Below are positions 61,162 through 64,000 of a DNA stretch of 64,000 nucleotides, in pieces. The DNA comes from an uncultured Planctomycetaceae bacterium. Lineage in GTDB: Bacteria; Planctomycetota; Planctomycetia; Pirellulales; PNKZ01. The position numbers and the translations under genes are program-made. Numbering within the stretch: the stretch's first letter is position 1; each line of letters begins with the position of its first letter. A model generated the notes under the pieces. That model was not told the origin of the DNA. It worked only from the letters and a program-made list of their open reading frames with translations, and searched no databases. Where the stretch lies: positions 17,911 to 81,910 of the forward strand of contig CAYLYE010000002.1 in the NCBI GenBank assembly GCA_964387325.1, written 5' to 3'.

Positions 61162-63444
61162 ATGTCGCTCGAACAGACCTGGAAAGAGGCCATGGCCTGC
61201 TGCCAAGCTCAGCGTTGGCACGAAGCCCGCCCTTTGCTCGAACAGCTCGCCGCCGCGGCGCCACAACACCCCGACGTGGCCCACGCGCTCGGAATGGTCC
61301 ATTATCACATCGGAGACAAGCCGCAGGCGGTCGTTCATTGGCAACGTTGTGTGCAACTCAATCCGCGCGATGGCCAAGCGCAGTCGAATCTCGGCCGCGC
61401 GCTCGCCGAGCTTGGCCGATCTACCGAGGCGCTGCCCCATTTGGATCAAGCCGTGCTCATGGCCACGAACGATCCGTTGCCGTGGCTCAACCGAGCGTTC
61501 GTGCGTTGGCAGTTGCAGCAATTCGACTTGGCACAAGACGATCTTGTGGCCGCATTGCGACGCGATCCGCGCTCGGTCGTCATTCGTCAGCACTGGGCTG
61601 AGTTGATCCCGCAACTGTTGTCGACGCGTATCGAGGCCGTTTCGCTCGCCGCCTTGCGCTCGTGGAGTGAATTGGCTGCGGATGACCCGCTCGCGCATTT
61701 TTATTTCGCCGCACTCACTCATCATCGCGGCGACACGAGCGCCGCGATCCCCAGCTACGATCGTGCCTTAAAACTGAATCCGCAACTGATCGAAGCCTGG
61801 AACAATCTGGCCGCGATCCACATGCAACGCTGCGAATACGAGTCCGCCGAGCGATGCCTGCGACAAGCACTGGAGCAGCGCGGCGATTTCGCCGATGCGC
61901 TGCTCAACCTGGGGACGCTCAAGTTTCGCACGCGACAATTCGACGATGCGCAACGCTACGCTGAACAGACCCTGTCACTGCGTGCCAACGATTCGACGGC
62001 CATGATGCTGCTTGGCGAGATTGCCCTGGAACGGCTCGACTACGAAGCGGCTCAAACGTGGTTCGATCGCACAATGGCTCAGCATCCTCGTGAGTCCGCC
62101 GCGTATAACAAACAGGCCGTGGTGGCGATGGCCATTGGCGATTTGGACGCGGCCGTGCGATGGCTCGACACGGCCTGTCAGCTTGACCCCCGCTCGCCGG
62201 TCTTTGGCAGTAATCGTTTATACCTCGAACATTATCGCGACGGGGCAAACCTCGAACGGCTCGCAGTCATACACGCCCAATGGGACGCCCAATACGCGAA
62301 AAATTGCCGCAAGGTCACCCTGCCTCGTCTTGCTCCGCTCGACGCCGAGCGCACACTCCGCATTGGCTTTGTATCGGCCGACCTTGGACATCATCCGATC
62401 GGTTATTTGCTCGCACCGTTCTTCGCCGCCATCGATCGTCGCGCCTGCAAACTCTTTTGCTACTCGAATCGGGCCTTCAACGACGATGTCGAACAGAAGC
62501 TGCGCGCACATTGCGACGGCTGGCTCAACATTCAAGGCCTCGGCGACGATCAAGTCGCCCAAGCGATTGTCGACGACCGCATCGACGTGCTCATCGATCT
62601 ATCGGGACACACGGCCCGGCATCGGTTGCTGGTCTTCGCTCGACAGCCTGCTCCGCTACAGGCTTCGTGGATGGGTTACGTGGGCCCGACCGGCCTATCG
62701 ACGATCACGCACTTCATTGTCGACGATTCGCTGGTAAGTCAGGAGCTGGTCGCGCGCTACACGCAGACACCGATTCGGCTGCCGATCGTGTCGTGCTGCT
62801 ACCAGATGCCCGATGCCGCGCCGAGTATCCAACCGCTCCCAGCGCTGAAGAACGGCTACGTGACGTTTGGCAGCTTTAACAATCCTCGCAAAATCACCCC
62901 CACGGTGATTGCTGCCTGGTCGCGCGTGTTGCAAGGGGTACCCGACGCGCGATTGGTCATGAAGTTTCGTGCCCTCGATAACCCGTTGGGGATACGCCGC
63001 TATCAGGAGATGTTTACCCAGCACGGAGTCGACCTGAACCGGATTACCTTCGAGGGACACGCGCCGTTCGCAGACATGCTCACCCGCTATCAGGCTATCG
63101 ACTTGGCTCTGGACTCGTTTCCCTACACCGGGGGCACCACGAGCATCCTGGCACTGTGGATGGGAGTGCCGATCGTCACCCTGCGCGGCGAGACCGTCGC
63201 CGGTCGCCAAACCTGGGCCGTGCTACGCTCCATCAACGAAACGGACACCGTGACGGACTCGGTCGACGAGTACGTGCAGCGCGCCATCGCGCTGGCCAAC
63301 AATCTGCCGCAACTCAGCGCCATGCGGGGTCGATTGCGCGAGCGACTCGCCCAATCGCCACTCAATCAAAGCGCGACACTCGCCCGTGCCTGGGTCGAGG
63401 CCGTTCGTGGCGCGTGGCGCACGTTCGTTTTGACCGGACAGTAA
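61162..63444 (+). CDS. TPR-repeat protein with C-terminal GT41 (OGT/SPINDLY-like) domain, second copy
   Basis: 760 aa. TPR units (e.g. 'AWNNLAAIHMQRCEYESAERCLRQALEQ'). Then 'LRIGFVSADLGHHPIGYLL', 'DVLIDLSGHTA', 'VTFGSFNNPRKIT' and 'LDSFPYTGGTTSILALWMGVPIVTL'. It starts 15 nt after devA. Confidence 0.85.
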   Translation: MSLEQTWKEAMACCQAQRWHEARPLLEQLAAAAPQHPDVAHALGMVHYHIGDKPQAVVHWQRCVQLNPRDGQAQSNLGRALAELGRSTEALPHLDQAVLMATNDPLPWLNRAFVRWQLQQFDLAQDDLVAALRRDPRSVVIRQHWAELIPQLLSTRIEAVSLAALRSWSELAADDPLAHFYFAALTHHRGDTSAAIPSYDRALKLNPQLIEAWNNLAAIHMQRCEYESAERCLRQALEQRGDFADALLNLGTLKFRTRQFDDAQRYAEQTLSLRANDSTAMMLLGEIALERLDYEAAQTWFDRTMAQHPRESAAYNKQAVVAMAIGDLDAAVRWLDTACQLDPRSPVFGSNRLYLEHYRDGANLERLAVIHAQWDAQYAKNCRKVTLPRLAPLDAERTLRIGFVSADLGHHPIGYLLAPFFAAIDRRACKLFCYSNRAFNDDVEQKLRAHCDGWLNIQGLGDDQVAQAIVDDRIDVLIDLSGHTARHRLLVFARQPAPLQASWMGYVGPTGLSTITHFIVDDSLVSQELVARYTQTPIRLPIVSCCYQMPDAAPSIQPLPALKNGYVTFGSFNNPRKITPTVIAAWSRVLQGVPDARLVMKFRALDNPLGIRRYQEMFTQHGVDLNRITFEGHAPFADMLTRYQAIDLALDSFPYTGGTTSILALWMGVPIVTLRGETVAGRQTWAVLRSINETDTVTDSVDEYVQRAIALANNLPQLSAMRGRLRERLAQSPLNQSATLARAWVEAVRGAWRTFVLTGQ

Positions 63445-63478
63445 CCGATCGAGCACGTCTCGATGCTGCCCCCGACGG

Positions 63479-64000
63479 CTACTTGGCCAATTTCAGCTTG
63501 GCGTCGCCGGGCTCGAACGTTTGCGGCTCGGGAGTGTCGACCGTAAGCCGCTGCCAACTCGCGCCGCTCTCGCGAAACGCCCGCCAATCGCGGACCTGAT
63601 AGGCGATGTTCAGTTCCGGCGTCTCAATGGGCTTCTGATGAAAATGCGAGTGGACTGCGGCGCTCGTCATGCCCGTAGTGAGCAGCGTCCGCTCGGCCGG
63701 GTAAGGCTCTTGTCGATGAATGAACAAATGTTGAATAGCATGCGACAAGGCCTTGAACAGGCAGCGATTCCCCCAGGGACCATTGAAGTGCGCGAAGGCA
63801 TGTGGCTTGGCCTCGCCTTTAAGTCGACAGGCAAAATTCCAACGGCTCGACGAACTGCCCGCGATCAGAGCCGTCGCCTTCAAGCCATCGCGATACTCGA
63901 TCAGAATCGCTTCATGAATTTGCGTCGGGTCGTCAGGACGGGCGTCGGCGCTCTGCGGCGGCAAACTGGCTCGCGGGCGCTGCTGGCGTTTGGCCTGCAT
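63479..64000 (-). CDS. hypothetical protein, C-terminal ~173 aa; probably continues beyond the right window edge
   Basis: The reading frame is open to the last base of the window. The ATG at 64000-63998 may be coincidental, since the N-terminal residues look like mid-protein sequence. No motif recognised. Confidence 0.45.
   Translation of the reverse strand: MQAKRQQRPRASLPPQSADARPDDPTQIHEAILIEYRDGLKATALIAGSSSSRWNFACRLKGEAKPHAFAHFNGPWGNRCLFKALSHAIQHLFIHRQEPYPAERTLLTTGMTSAAVHSHFHQKPIETPELNIAYQVRDWRAFRESGASWQRLTVDTPEPQTFEPGDAKLKLAK

Noticed and set aside
38837-63444. The two TPR-GT41 genes (38837-40918 and 61162-63444) as a recent duplication or repeat.
   Set aside because: They share family motifs only. 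TPR number, linker and catalytic-domain sequences are strongly diverged, and no nucleotide-level repeat is apparent.
1-64000. Search for CRISPR arrays, rRNA genes, IS elements, prophage genes or recognisable defence systems other than the toxin-antitoxin module.
   Set aside because: I could find no regularly spaced direct repeats. There are no rRNA-like conserved stretches and no transposase, integrase, capsid or terminase-like ORFs. Apart from the 98-nt pair, no intergenic repeat recurs.

Overview
GC-rich chromosomal window (about 60-65% GC in the core lines I hand-counted) with a clear Planctomycetota (Pirellulales-like) signature. It holds 3.5 cassettes of planctomycete-specific PSCyt/PSD genes (DUF1549/DUF1553 or DUF1592-type), each tightly linked to a Tat-signal DUF1501/DUF1552 gene. 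An 'LEDR' N-terminal motif and many twin-arginine signals fit the same lineage. I call 50 CDS (2 truncated by the window edges) and found no rRNA, tRNA, CRISPR, transposase or integrase. Housekeeping genes (rlmN, polX, tatC, manA, an RluD-type synthase, a DapL-like aminotransferase) are interleaved with accessory modules: (1) parDE plus an orphan HicB-like gene in an AT-richer patch; (2) a secreted calpain-like protease; (3) a Cys-rich membrane protein next to a Tat-exported Csp-like (DUF326) copper protein; (4) a GT41/GT61 glycosyltransferase cluster beside a cytochrome-c / PHM-like copper monooxygenase / EF-hand fusion and a G8 beta-helix protein; (5) a minus-strand gene string DUF2617-NfeD-NfeD-pseudokinase-GalT-like-GNAT-EEP; (6) a devC-devA operon whose ATPase carries a C-terminal cNMP-binding domain and is followed by a second TPR-GT41. 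The most unexpected non-genic signal is a 98-nt intergenic element present twice (17793-17890 and 33874-33971, inverted, 81/98 identical). Its substitutions keep two predicted helices paired on one strand only (G-U), which makes it a candidate undescribed structured RNA. All functional calls come from motif recognition by eye; no database search was possible.
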